Below, piece after piece: positions 13,001 through 22,870 of a stretch of 44,778 nt of DNA (position 1 is the stretch's first letter; each line of letters starts with the position of its first letter). The position numbers and the translations under genes were made by a program. The notes beneath the pieces were generated by a model. The model searched no databases. It saw only the letters and a list, made by a program, of their open reading frames with translations, and had not been told where the DNA came from. The DNA comes from Catajapyx aquilonaris (lineage: Eukaryota), in the NCBI GenBank assembly GCA_000934665.2, contig KZ538184.1, positions 62,001-106,778 of the forward strand, given 5' to 3'.

Positions 13001-16000
13001 AACTTGTGGGGGGGACAAAAGCTCGTAGGTTTTCGCTGACTGGAAATGGTGCGGACGTTATGGTTCTCTCAGCAGGTCATTGAAATGTAAATTTCCTATT
13101 TTTTTAAAAAAATACTATTTTTCGCATATCTTAACAATAGTGCTGGTTGAATGGCGTATGTGACGAGTTTGCATTTGCGGAGAGTATATTGAAGTGGTCT
13201 GGATTCATATGGAGCTTGTTAATTTCCGCTTGAGTTTATCGCAGCGGGGACTGACAATTCGCTCTGTTGTTTTTTTTTAGCGGAAAAAAATGTCAACATG
13301 TATTGTCTCGCTCCAACTGTTGCCAACAAAGGGTTTTTGGCATATTCCCCGTATCCAACAGCTGTTATGTATGGCGGGCCGAGGCGCAGTTCCAGTGCCC
13401 TTCAGAATTCAATTGCGGGTAAGAGCAAACAAAAAAACAAGAGTACTCTATACGATCACTCTAACTGCCAACTACAAAAAGAAATCTCAGTACAGCTGCA
13501 CAATATCTGTAACTGTCATGATAAAAGAAATTGTGGAAAAATTGCGCACTTTTATTAGGATTCAAAGGTAATACAATCATATACACAGCAGCCTTCAGTA
13601 CTATTAATTATATAAAATAATTTGATAGTATTGGTAAAATTCATGCAAAGTGTGCACCTGCTGGCAAAGGCAACCCCGGAAGTAGACCGTGATAAAATAT
13701 GTACCTTTTACATTGAAATATGACCTATTTCCCAGGATGATAAAAATGGGACACCATTATACTTGGAAGCGACCAATGGAATGAAAATGATGTCTCCATT
13801 TTTTTCGCTTCTCCGGAGAGAATTCCACCGGATTCTGCTAGGAAGATATCCGTTTTCAGAGCTTTCGACACTTTGGAACGATTTATTCGTCTGTGGTCTA
13901 CTATAATGGTGCATTTAAAAAAAGAGTGAATCGATAGATGCAGGAACAAATTTTGAAAGGTCACGTATTGAAGACTAGCAGTGATTTTAGCTGCTAAAAT
14001 GAATTAGCAGCTAATACCGAATTGATCAAAAAGCTCATTTTCTTGTCATCAAATCTTGGTGCGGCATGAATATGTAACAAATTACTTAGTCAGCCAACAA
14101 TGTTTGCTCTAATAAGTAAGTGTTGACAAATTAATCAGCCAGCCTAAGTATGTGCTTGACATTCCAGCAGTTTATTGCAGCCTTCCGTTTTAAACCTGCG
14201 CATAAATATTCAGCTATAATTTTCGAGATTACTAAGCAGAATAATCCCAGAGCTTGTGACATGTCAACAAAAGTTACGGTCGACCATCAGAACTCCTCAT
14301 CTAAATGAAAATGAGGGTCATCGAGGTTCGGGGTCATTGAGGTTCATTTGCAGAACCCACTATTTACAGGTCAGAATTAAAGACTAAGGATGCGTCGCTC
14401 GGCCACATTACATACACCATAGGGGGTCCAGATTGAATGGTCTGTAATTACTCGGCAAATTATCAGCGACCGAAGCTTGCGACACATTTCACTTGTCGCG
14501 AATGTTTGTCCCTGTGGCATTTAATTGCATTTGGTTTGTGTTTCCGAGAACTACAGCCGGCGAATGTTGTGGTTAAATTTAATCCCATGCTGTACTACAT
14601 TGTCCTTTGTTGGCTTTGTAACATTGTTGTACAGGGTGGTCCAAACGACTCCAATTTTTTGGCCCACACGTGTTTACAATGCACTTTTTCTCAGGACACG
14701 GCTCCTGTGACGTTCACAAACAATGAGACTTCAGTCACCATCTACTATTGCAACGACCGACAGTACGGTGTGGACCAACAGCAGTTTGGAGAAGATGCGG
14801 TGAGCCCGTACCGGTACGCCTTCGCAGTGTACCAGTTCATCATACTCTTCGCGGCTCCAGGAATAGTCATGGTCATCTGCTACTCATTTGTCATCCGAGA
14901 GCTGTGGAGAAGTACCAGAAACATCAAGTATCTCACTAACACTAAAAGGTAAAATGCTTCAAGTATGTGCTTGTACAGGGTGTGTCATAAGATACATTTC
15001 AGTGGGAACAAGGCCAGCCAGAAGTCGATGAATTCGAGCCTTTCCGGCAACAGAAGTCCAATTCCGGACGGCTCTTGGGACAACAACAAGTCTCTGGACG
15101 GATCCAGATGTCTTCGAAACGGGCGGTTGGCACCGGGGACAGGGGTCATCAACGCTTCGTCCTCTGAGAACCTGCACAGGTCTGACTCTCGATACAGCGT
15201 CATGTCCACTGGGGCGGTCAGCAGGGTCAAGACCGGACCGAAAATCTCGAAAGGAGACGACGCCAAAAGGGCTCGAAAGCAGGTAACAGATCAATTTATC
15301 CTCTTCCGGCGGAAGTATTAAGTTTCGGCTCTCCGGAAGCTTCCATCGGTATTCGATAAGTCCCAAAAATACCATGCACCAGATTGTGTAGTCTGAACAA
15401 CCTTTGGGTAGTAAGTAGTCGTACAATAGCTGCAAGTGTCAACAAATGAACCCGGCAAATAATTTTTCGTTTCATTATTTAAATATTTTTTATCGTCAAA
15501 ATAATGCTTTATATAGAACGGATATGTCCAACTGTCCGTCCGTGGACAGGTATCAGGGCCCAATCGGCAAGAGATAGCGACAAACTGTTTTCGGATTCGG
15601 ATTCAGCAGACCCTAAATAGGTTTCATGGTTAACTTTCGGCGACCGGCCACTTCCGGTTTTCCGGGTTCACTCTATCCTCTAAGAGTCTAAGTGTAAGAG
15701 GTAAAGTCTACATGATTGATAGAAATTATTTTTCTTAGATTACTTGGAAATGAGACCGACAATATTCTATGAATATGAGACAAAGTCTACTGACGTGATT
15801 TGCCAATATGTTTTATTAACAAATGAAGAACTATAGGAGCACAACCGAGTGCGCACCACAGTTCGCGCAGATTGCACGGTTGGAATTATCAATAATTTCA
15901 CAAATTGTGCAAATGTAAGCTTCTTATTAAAATGTGTACTTTTAAAACGTGAAGTGCGTTGAATTCTGGCAGCTGCATGACTATTTACTCTGGCTGTTGG

Positions 16001-17361
16001 ACAAAAAAACTGAGCCGCGGCGGTGAGTGTAAAAGGTTATGCACATAGAACGACAGAGTGGGCCGCAAACGGGTCATAAAGGCATGGTGTTTACTGTAGG
16101 AGACTCCTGTGCTTTCTGCAGCTGCAAAGCACCTGTTAACGGAAAACTTTTAATAAACCGGACGGTTTATGTAGCCAGCAGTGTTTGCAATGTGCAATAA
16201 CAGCAAGTTCAGCATTTTAAAAAAACGACGCGCAAATTTAAATTGATTACGACATAAGGTTCAAAGCCTTCCAAATAGTCTTATCAAAATTAGATTACCT
16301 TTAATACTATCGAAAGTTCGTCGTCAAAGTGCAGATCTAACTAGGTGTCGATCAATAGGACAAACAAACAAATGCGAGGGAAAAGGGTTGTTAATAATAT
16401 AAGTCAGCACAGCTAAAGCACTTTTTTGAGTGCTTCTCGACGCTTGTTTGGTTCCAGGGTTGACATTATACCCGACCGTCAATCAAGTTGATTGCCGGAA
16501 TGTGCGACCCACTGGACTGAGCAGAAAGCATTTTCTATCTGTCCATCAGCAGGCTAAAGCAAATACTGAGACATTGGATCGAATTATATTGTTAAAGTGA
16601 GAGCATATTCAGAATGATATTTACATGAAATTGTCTGTCGATTATTTATTTATTTTTATACGAGAGCTACCGAGTGCGCACCACGGTTGGCATTATCATC
16701 TGCATAGTGGGTATACTGCACTTATTTCCAATGCTACTCTTTGGGGGGGACGTTTGCGATGTTTCCAAAGCTCTGGAACGAACCTCAGAGACTACGTATG
16801 AATTGGCCTCTGGGAAGTTTGGCAACGTTGTCAGAATAATGGCGCTCCGCGAGTAGTTTTGGCAATGTGTTCTGATTGGCTAATCCCAAACAGCAACGAC
16901 CAAAGACAACGACACCCGTGTGAACCCAACTTGTTGCCCAATTCCAGGTGATCAAGATGCTGATCCTGGTGATCATCCTGTTCCTGGTGTGCTGGGGACC
17001 TCGACTGATCATGGAGATCCTGATCAAAGTTGGTCTGCACGACTTCTCAGTGGCGGTGTACACGACCCGAGTGGCCCTCTACCTCCTGCCCTTTGTCCAC
17101 TCCTGTGTCAACCCAATCATCTACTCCTTCATGTCCAAGAACTTTCGTCGCTCCATGTTCAGACAACTGGAGTACTACTGCGGATGCTGCCTTCGTCGTC
17201 TCCCTGCCTCGTGTATGGCCATCAGGAGAGGTGACAGACCCATGACCATGAGGAAGATGACTAGGAACAACCTAGGGGCGGACTCGGTCTATTTCAGCAC
17301 ATATGGAGCTGCAACTGAGTCCACGAGGCAGACTGAAGTCGAGTCTGTGACTATCATTTGA
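6822..17361 (+). CDS. Class A (rhodopsin-like) neuropeptide-type GPCR, CCK/QRFP/orexin-receptor-like; complete CDS of 6 exons (6822-7054, 7717-7911, 11521-11644, 14695-14948, 15003-15282, 16948-17361), 1500 nt, 499 aa
   Basis: All introns are GT-AG and phases join in frame. The joined protein has TM1 GN (GLLGNIV), TM2 NLFLVSLAVADLL, the TM3 Cys, ERF at the DRY position, TM4 W (VVWVMS), an ECL2 Cys, TM5 P/CY, TM6 FLVCWGP, TM7 HSCVNPIIY and helix 8 SKNFR. N-terminal N-glycosylation sequons NDT and NST are present. The subfamily and ligand cannot be fixed without a phylogeny. Confidence 0.95.
7717..7911 (+). CDS. GPCR coding exon 2 (TM2-TM3)
   Basis: ctaac branch-like motif, ttccag| acceptor, AG|gtgagt donor; SATNLFLVSLAVADLL...VCK...LTAVTMER. 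Confidence 0.95.
11521..11644 (+). CDS. GPCR coding exon 3 (ICL2-TM4)
   Basis: ttttttcag| acceptor, AAA|gtaagt donor; RFIVIVFPMRSRSVCT...VVWVMSLLLAVPVLFTK. Confidence 0.95.
12284..12773. mobile_element. CACTCTAAAAA-type non-autonomous element, copy 2 (GPCR intron 3), interrupted by a MITE
   Basis: Left end tactctctaaaaaaatccgagtgaaattttcactcaaaa, right end cactcgaaattttttaagagtg. Confidence 0.65.
12388..12635. mobile_element. 248-bp MITE with perfect 33-bp TIRs and a 4-bp AACT target duplication
   Basis: gaatcggttttaggaaaaaggatgtaagtcaca (12388-12420) is the exact reverse complement of 12603-12635; AACT lies at 12384-12387 and 12636-12639. Confidence 0.9.
14695..14948 (+). CDS. GPCR coding exon 4 (ECL2-TM5)
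   Basis: tttttctcag| acceptor, AG|gtaaaa donor; DTAPVTF...YYC...YQFIILFAAPGIVMVICYSFVIRELWRS. Confidence 0.93.
15003..15282 (+). CDS. GPCR coding exon 5 (long ICL3)
   Basis: Follows a 54-nt intron (tttcag|) and ends CAG|gtaaca; SGNKASQK...DDAKRARKQ, joining in phase 0 to VIKML. Confidence 0.88.
16948..17361 (+). CDS. GPCR coding exon 6 (TM6, TM7, C-tail, stop)
   Basis: attccag| acceptor; VIKMLILVIILFLVCWGP...HSCVNPIIYSFMSKNFRR...CGCC...ESVTII-TGA. Confidence 0.95.
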   Translation: MIKMLILVIILFLVCWGPRLIMEILIKVGLHDFSVAVYTTRVALYLLPFVHSCVNPIIYSFMSKNFRRSMFRQLEYYCGCCLRRLPASCMAIRRGDRPMTMRKMTRNNLGADSVYFSTYGAATESTRQTEVESVTII

Positions 17362-17595
17362 CCCGGTGGAATCCTTCAGTGTCAGTGCTGTGAACTGTCC
17401 AGCCAGTGATGTTCATTGTCTCATTTTGTGATACTTCCAGTCAGGTCTGTACCTTGTACACTATAGATATTCATTGATGATGTAGGTGATCTATTCCAAC
17501 TTTTCAAAAGGGCTCACATTTGAAGGTTAAAGCAGGTCACCTACATATATTAACAGCAACTATATTTTCCACAAAAAAAAACAACCGAAAAAGAC

Positions 17596-17804
17596 TTGCC
17601 TCTAATTGGGGTGAGGTTGTGCCAGGTGGGGTGAGATTGTTCCAGAGGATTTTTGGACAACATTTGGCAACAAGCGTAAACTATAGCGAATTTAGGCATG
17701 TTTCACTACATTGAGGGATGGTCATGGTTGGAAATAATATGTAGGGCGCGCTGTTGCCCTCCCCAAAAAATTCGTTGGCACAATCTCACTCCAATAGACG
17801 GCAA
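17596..17804. mobile_element. Decayed MITE with about 30-bp TIRs and GGGGTGAGATTGTGCCA-type subterminal repeats (pogo/Tc1-mariner-like) in the putative GPCR 3' UTR
   Basis: ttgcctctaattggggtgaggttgtgcca plus a second copy tggggtgagattgttcca, versus the inverted tggcacaatctcactccaatagacggcaa. Confidence 0.6.
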
Positions 17805-17844
17805 CTTACGTGTATACCATTTGTCCCCCCCCCCCAAAAAAAAA

Positions 17845-17857
17845 AATAAAAAATAAA
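17845..17857 (+). terminator. Candidate polyadenylation signal(s) of the GPCR
   Basis: Two adjacent AATAAA about 480 nt after the stop; they lie next to an A-run, so could be incidental. Confidence 0.35.
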
Positions 17858-19197
17858 ATCTACATTCCAATTCCGGGCTCAATGCATTTGCCTTTAACGT
17901 CTGAGAATTTCATTAGTGTAATTAGAAACATTGCGGTGCCAAAGTTTTCCATATCATTTTTTGAAAAAGTACAAGAATAATAAATTCTGATTAATATTCA
18001 AAGTCTGCGAAATGCCACGCAGACATCAGACAATTAGGATTCACGCTGTTACTCCGCGTTAATTTCGACCTTGGATGTAATAAATCTGCTTTTACAGCCC
18101 TTTCTTGCTGGCCGTAAATGTGATGTAGGTCGCGTCTTATTCATTTTTTTTCTTCTTCTTTCTTTCACCAGAAGCCAAGAGCGAGGAATGTTTTCTTTTC
18201 AGAAAATGCACGTCCTAGTATGGATTCTAGGCGGATTTTTTTTTTTTTAAAAAAACGGAAAAGAAGGCCGAGCATAAAATGCGCACTCCTCTCAAAAGAA
18301 GTATTCAGAAAATGGAGAACAGACATTTTTCATGCTGTGCTTGCATTATTAGGAAGTGAAGCAAAATGCGGTTGTATTTTTTTAACGATGTTCTGCGCGT
18401 TACAATTTTTGCTAAAAACATGAAGCCTTAATCGACAAAAGAAAAATATTGCACACGGATCATATAGTGATGAATAATAATCCGATAGAGCAAGGGTATA
18501 TGAAGTTCAAGGTAATATACAAATTTTACAAACTAGTCAATAAATTTGGATTTACTGATGTACATTATTTTTGTCATACTTAGAATAATTGGCAGAGTTC
18601 TTCCCACCTACTGGGTCCAAAGTTCTGCAACTAATTTAATTTTAATTCAAAATAATTATTCTAAGGTGACAGTTTTGAACCTTTGAGAACTTCAGGCCAT
18701 GTTCTATTGTGTTTGTCATGTGTGTGTGTGTGTGTCATCAATTTGAAGAAATCTCTAGCTTTATTTGCGCAGTGAACTCTGACGTGCTCAATGTTATCAA
18801 AAAAATGTATGTAGTATATAGGCAATGTATACTCTCGCTGACGCAGAATTTAGGATAAAATGTATTTTTGTTTTAATCCCCCCAATCTTAACGTGTACCT
18901 ACCTTTAAATTATTCTGCCAAGATTGTATCAATAAATGTTTCCAACAATATTATTCAGATCGTTTCTAACTTTAAAAATAATTAATTTTATTATTCTGAG
19001 ATCGTCAATAAAACATTTTTTTTTGCCTTTTTAAAAATTTCAACACAGAAGATTCTTCACCCAAGAGTTTTGTTCACTTGTTGTTTATTATCGTCTAGTC
19101 ATAATTTTATTACGAGTATTACTTATTAATTGTTTGTACAGTATATTGTGTGTATTACTAATGTATTACTATTTAATATCTCCTATTAATTTTAGAT

Positions 19198-19292
19198 TTT
19201 AATTTATTTTGATATACTTGATCATTAATTTATTTTGGTGTAATTGATCATTAATTTATTTTGATATATCGTAATTGGTCATTAATTTATGG
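19198..19292. repeat. AT-rich minisatellite, about 26-bp unit (ttgatcattaatttattttg...), about 4 copies
   Basis: Repeated ttaatttattttg / ttgatcattaattt. Confidence 0.75.
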
Positions 19293-21760
19293 TTGATTTT
19301 AATATACATTTATTTATTATCCAGACCGTCATCAGGATCCCTCAAATGACACCAGCTTGTTCATCAAAATACTGCGGTTAAGAGTACACGAACTTAATTG
19401 CGTGTCGTTTCCAAAAACAGATGACACGATGAATAAAATTACGACCAATACATGACTGCCGAAATGCAACATCGACGAAAATCGATCCCTGTGTTATGAG
19501 GCTCGACGTGCACAATTACTCTCCAGATAATAATGAAACCGATCAAAATTGCACAATCAACTTGATAGAGCCAGGTAAGCAAACACTTTCACTTTATTTT
19601 GCTATCAAGCCACTATAGAATTAGCCCAGTTGATTAACTCAAATCGATTTTTATCTTCAAACCGATGCAGGCATCATCTATAAATTTTTTTAAAGAGTGA
19701 GAGGCGTGTTGGTTATGCTGGTCATTAGTTATAAACCCCGGGACTGCTGCCAAGACTTGTCTTCTATACAACCCCCAAGCCGGTACTTAATTTTCCTTCA
19801 CCAGAATGGGAGGGAAGCTGAGTCTCAGATGGCCACATGTGGAAACTCTCCAGAGAACTTTCCTCAACTGCTTAAAATCAATCGGAGCTTCAACTTCCCA
19901 CTCCTTATAAACCCCCTACATGAAAGTCTCTCAAGCCCAGAGAATACTAAATCTATCTTGAGATACAATCTTGTTTTTTCTGTAAAAAAAGTGATGGGTA
20001 CGAAAATTATGCAAGGGGCAGATAACAGATGGAATGTTATACACTAAATTTTCCGGAGCCTGAATTCAATTTCCAGAGGTTGTCTTTTGGACATTTCCAG
20101 GTTTATATCCGGGTCTATAACGGTTCTGGAAATTGTTTTGAGACCTGGTGAATTCCTGCACCTGCTGCAGGTTAAATCCTGTTTATTTTTTAACAAATTT
20201 GCATACTGTTATATGTATGAAAAGGAACATTTCTCTATATGAAATTGCACACATTTATCATATTAAACGACTCTAGTGTTGGAATATGTTTAAAAATATA
20301 TACATGAATGTTTAATTTAATGCCTCTTACCGACTTTGACGTAAACTTTGCCACTTGGCAGATACGACTTGGCGGTTTCTCTTGGGGGAAACCTCGAAAT
20401 CCTTGTTTATTCGAGAGGAGAAGCAGCATATAGTAACTGTGCGAAAATGCCGCAAAACCAACCCTTGAGAGAAGTATTTTCAGACCGATTCAAGACGTCT
20501 TGTGCAATATGCATAAGAATTGGTTTCGCCACAGGGCGGAAAGTTTGTCTGTTGAGGGGCCAACATTAATATGAAATTGTTTTCCAAAGTGTGTGTATTG
20601 GGTTTTCAGAAAGTCGATTTCGAATGAATCTGACTGTTGAAGTATTGCAAAAAAAATTGATTGATTTTTTAAATGAAGACTGGATTTCCACAATGTTAAA
20701 TATCACTTTGACATTCTAAACCCAGAGTCAGCCGAAACAAAGGTCTCCAAGGGATACAGACCTGATTAACATCCTCTACACCCATTGCATTGATGGCTGT
20801 CCCCACGCGTCATTCATGAGATCATTTCCAGATGGACAGTCCACAAAGAGGAATGGCCAGGTCCGGGACGACATTACACGGGACATTAAACCGATATGAC
20901 ACCCGCTTGTCTCACATCATGCTGGTGATAGATCGTTTTCCACTACCTCATTTTCTATCTTTTTTTTGGTCGTGCTGACAGGCTATGATGTCATCGCCTC
21001 TTTTATTTACATTATTATGCACGCATTGAAAAATCCATTTTTTTCTAGGGTGGATTTAACGTGAAGTGCAGTTTAAAGCTCCTTGTTTTGCATGTGTAGA
21101 GACACCGAATTCATAGCATTACAATCCATGGCACAATGGCTTTGAAGGTTTAATGTGTTTTGTGCGGACAACGCTGCACATTCCAAAAGACATTTCTTTG
21201 AGCAGACTGGACCTGTACGCCACTGTGGTGTTTTTCATATGTTGATATTGTTGACCTTAACCTGTTCCCAGGAGAGGCGGTTATGAGACGTATAGGCTAC
21301 TTTACGATAGCCTAGGGATTGTGTTGCTATGCTAACTTCCGCAGTAGAATGTTACAGTGTATTGTAGAGTCTGAAGCATGAACAAGTAAGCCAAACCCGA
21401 CAGTGTGTGACCCAATTCAACGAGTAACAAGATAAGGGCGTGACGAATTAATAGATCTGGCGAGCAAAAAAAGGAGCTCAGTTTCTGCGGTGTCATTCGA
21501 GTATTGTGGACATTGGAGCTCGTTTGTCAGTAACGATAATTTTAAATAACATATATATGCCAAAATGCGGAAATAGCATGATAAGTCGGTAATGCGCTTA
21601 TACTGGGCTTGGATGATGGAGTGGATTATTTATGCCAGTGATTGCCGCCGTGTGAATTACGAGCCATCTGTCCCAGTAATGCAAAAATTAAAATGATGCT
21701 CATTGCAATGCGTTCATGAACAAGCAGAACTTCAGTTGGATTTATTTATCTATTTATTTA

Positions 21761-21877
21761 CTAGCTGCAGAGCCCGTTCTTCGTACGACCTGTTTCCATG
21801 GGTTGCTTTTTTGCTGCTATGGTAACCCTGTTGCTATTTGGACAAACAAAGCCACAAACGCCTTTTATTATTATACC
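21761..21877 (-). mobile_element. Short non-autonomous Helitron-like element
   Basis: On the minus strand the 5' end reads tataataataaaaggcgtttgtggctttgtttgtc and the 3' end reads gtacgaagaacgggctctgcagCTAG|T, a decayed hairpin plus the CTAG-T terminus typical of Helitrons. The expected 5' TC is mutated. Confidence 0.55.
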
Positions 21878-22812
21878 TGTCACATTTATTTATCCATCCG
21901 CATTGTTAAGAAGAGATCCTGTGAGGAGACGAAGACTCTTTTAAAACCAAGAAAATTAAACCAATATATTGTGTTATAAAATCAAAAGCTTGTAATCTGC
22001 ATATTCTGTACATTGTTCAAAATATTATAAATATAAAATAATTTGCTGGAAGTATTTTATGCCCGATTTATAGCTGCAAAAACGCTTCATCAGGCCCCAA
22101 TTGTATATGAACGCAAATTTTTGGCAAATCTTGGCGTACGATCATAAATAATGCATGCTCGAAAATTTCTCATTAATGTTCATTTGTGCAAGCGTGCCTC
22201 AAACTTTTTAATTAATTAAACGAACATTAAACCGGAAAATAAATTCATTAGTCCAACGACCGTTTTGTGGCGCAGGATGTCTTCAGCATTCTTTAAGGCC
22301 AGTCACCTCCTCTTTTGAAAATCATCCTCCATTGTTATGTAGGAACAAAATTGATTATTTTTTTCTTCATTTCAAAAGAACAAAAAAAAGTTTTTGGCTT
22401 CTTGCCTCTTGTTGTAATGCATGAGACTACGTGCGTCAGAATATTTTTTTTCCAAGTCCGACTTTTTCCAATATTACAATTCTTTCTTTGCCAGTTCCGA
22501 GAATACACCCCCAAAAGCGAGCTTTATTTATACCCACTTTTACAAAATTGAACCTGATCCATCGTCTTCGAAAGGAAAGAAAAATATATTCATAAATAAC
22601 GACATCTCCTTTTCTTCGCAATTCTTTCTGTGCATTGCAGTGTATACGATGACATGTGAGTCCTTGACTTCTCATGTATATGTCGAGAAGATTCATCTTC
22701 AGTTGAAAGGGAAGTCACACAAATCATGACAGAACCGAATTGATGTCCCAACCCACGTTATATACAGGTTGAAACGACAATACAAAAAAAATATGATAAA
22801 AGCATCCGTGTA

Positions 22813-22870
22813 CAGGGTGTTTCACAACAAAACCGGAAGAATCCTATAGAAATTGCTACAAAACACCCTG
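22813..22870. mobile_element. 58-bp Tc1/mariner-type mini-MITE
   Basis: TA|CAGGGTGTTT ... AAACACCCTG|CA: 10-bp perfect TIR, with the right TA apparently mutated to CA. Confidence 0.55.

Noticed and set aside
14959..15435. 158-aa and 93-aa minus-strand ORFs
   Set aside because: Antisense shadows of GPCR exon 5 with no recognisable motifs.
15525..15665. DINE-1/Helentron-like or MITE fragment (ctgtccgtccgt...ttcggattcggattcagcagaccc)
   Set aside because: It looks repeat-derived, but no termini or second copy were found, so it cannot be classified.
17359..17409. Stop-codon readthrough of the GPCR (TGA-C context)
   Set aside because: It would add only about 16 residues before the next TGA, and there is no evidence without conservation or ribosome profiling.
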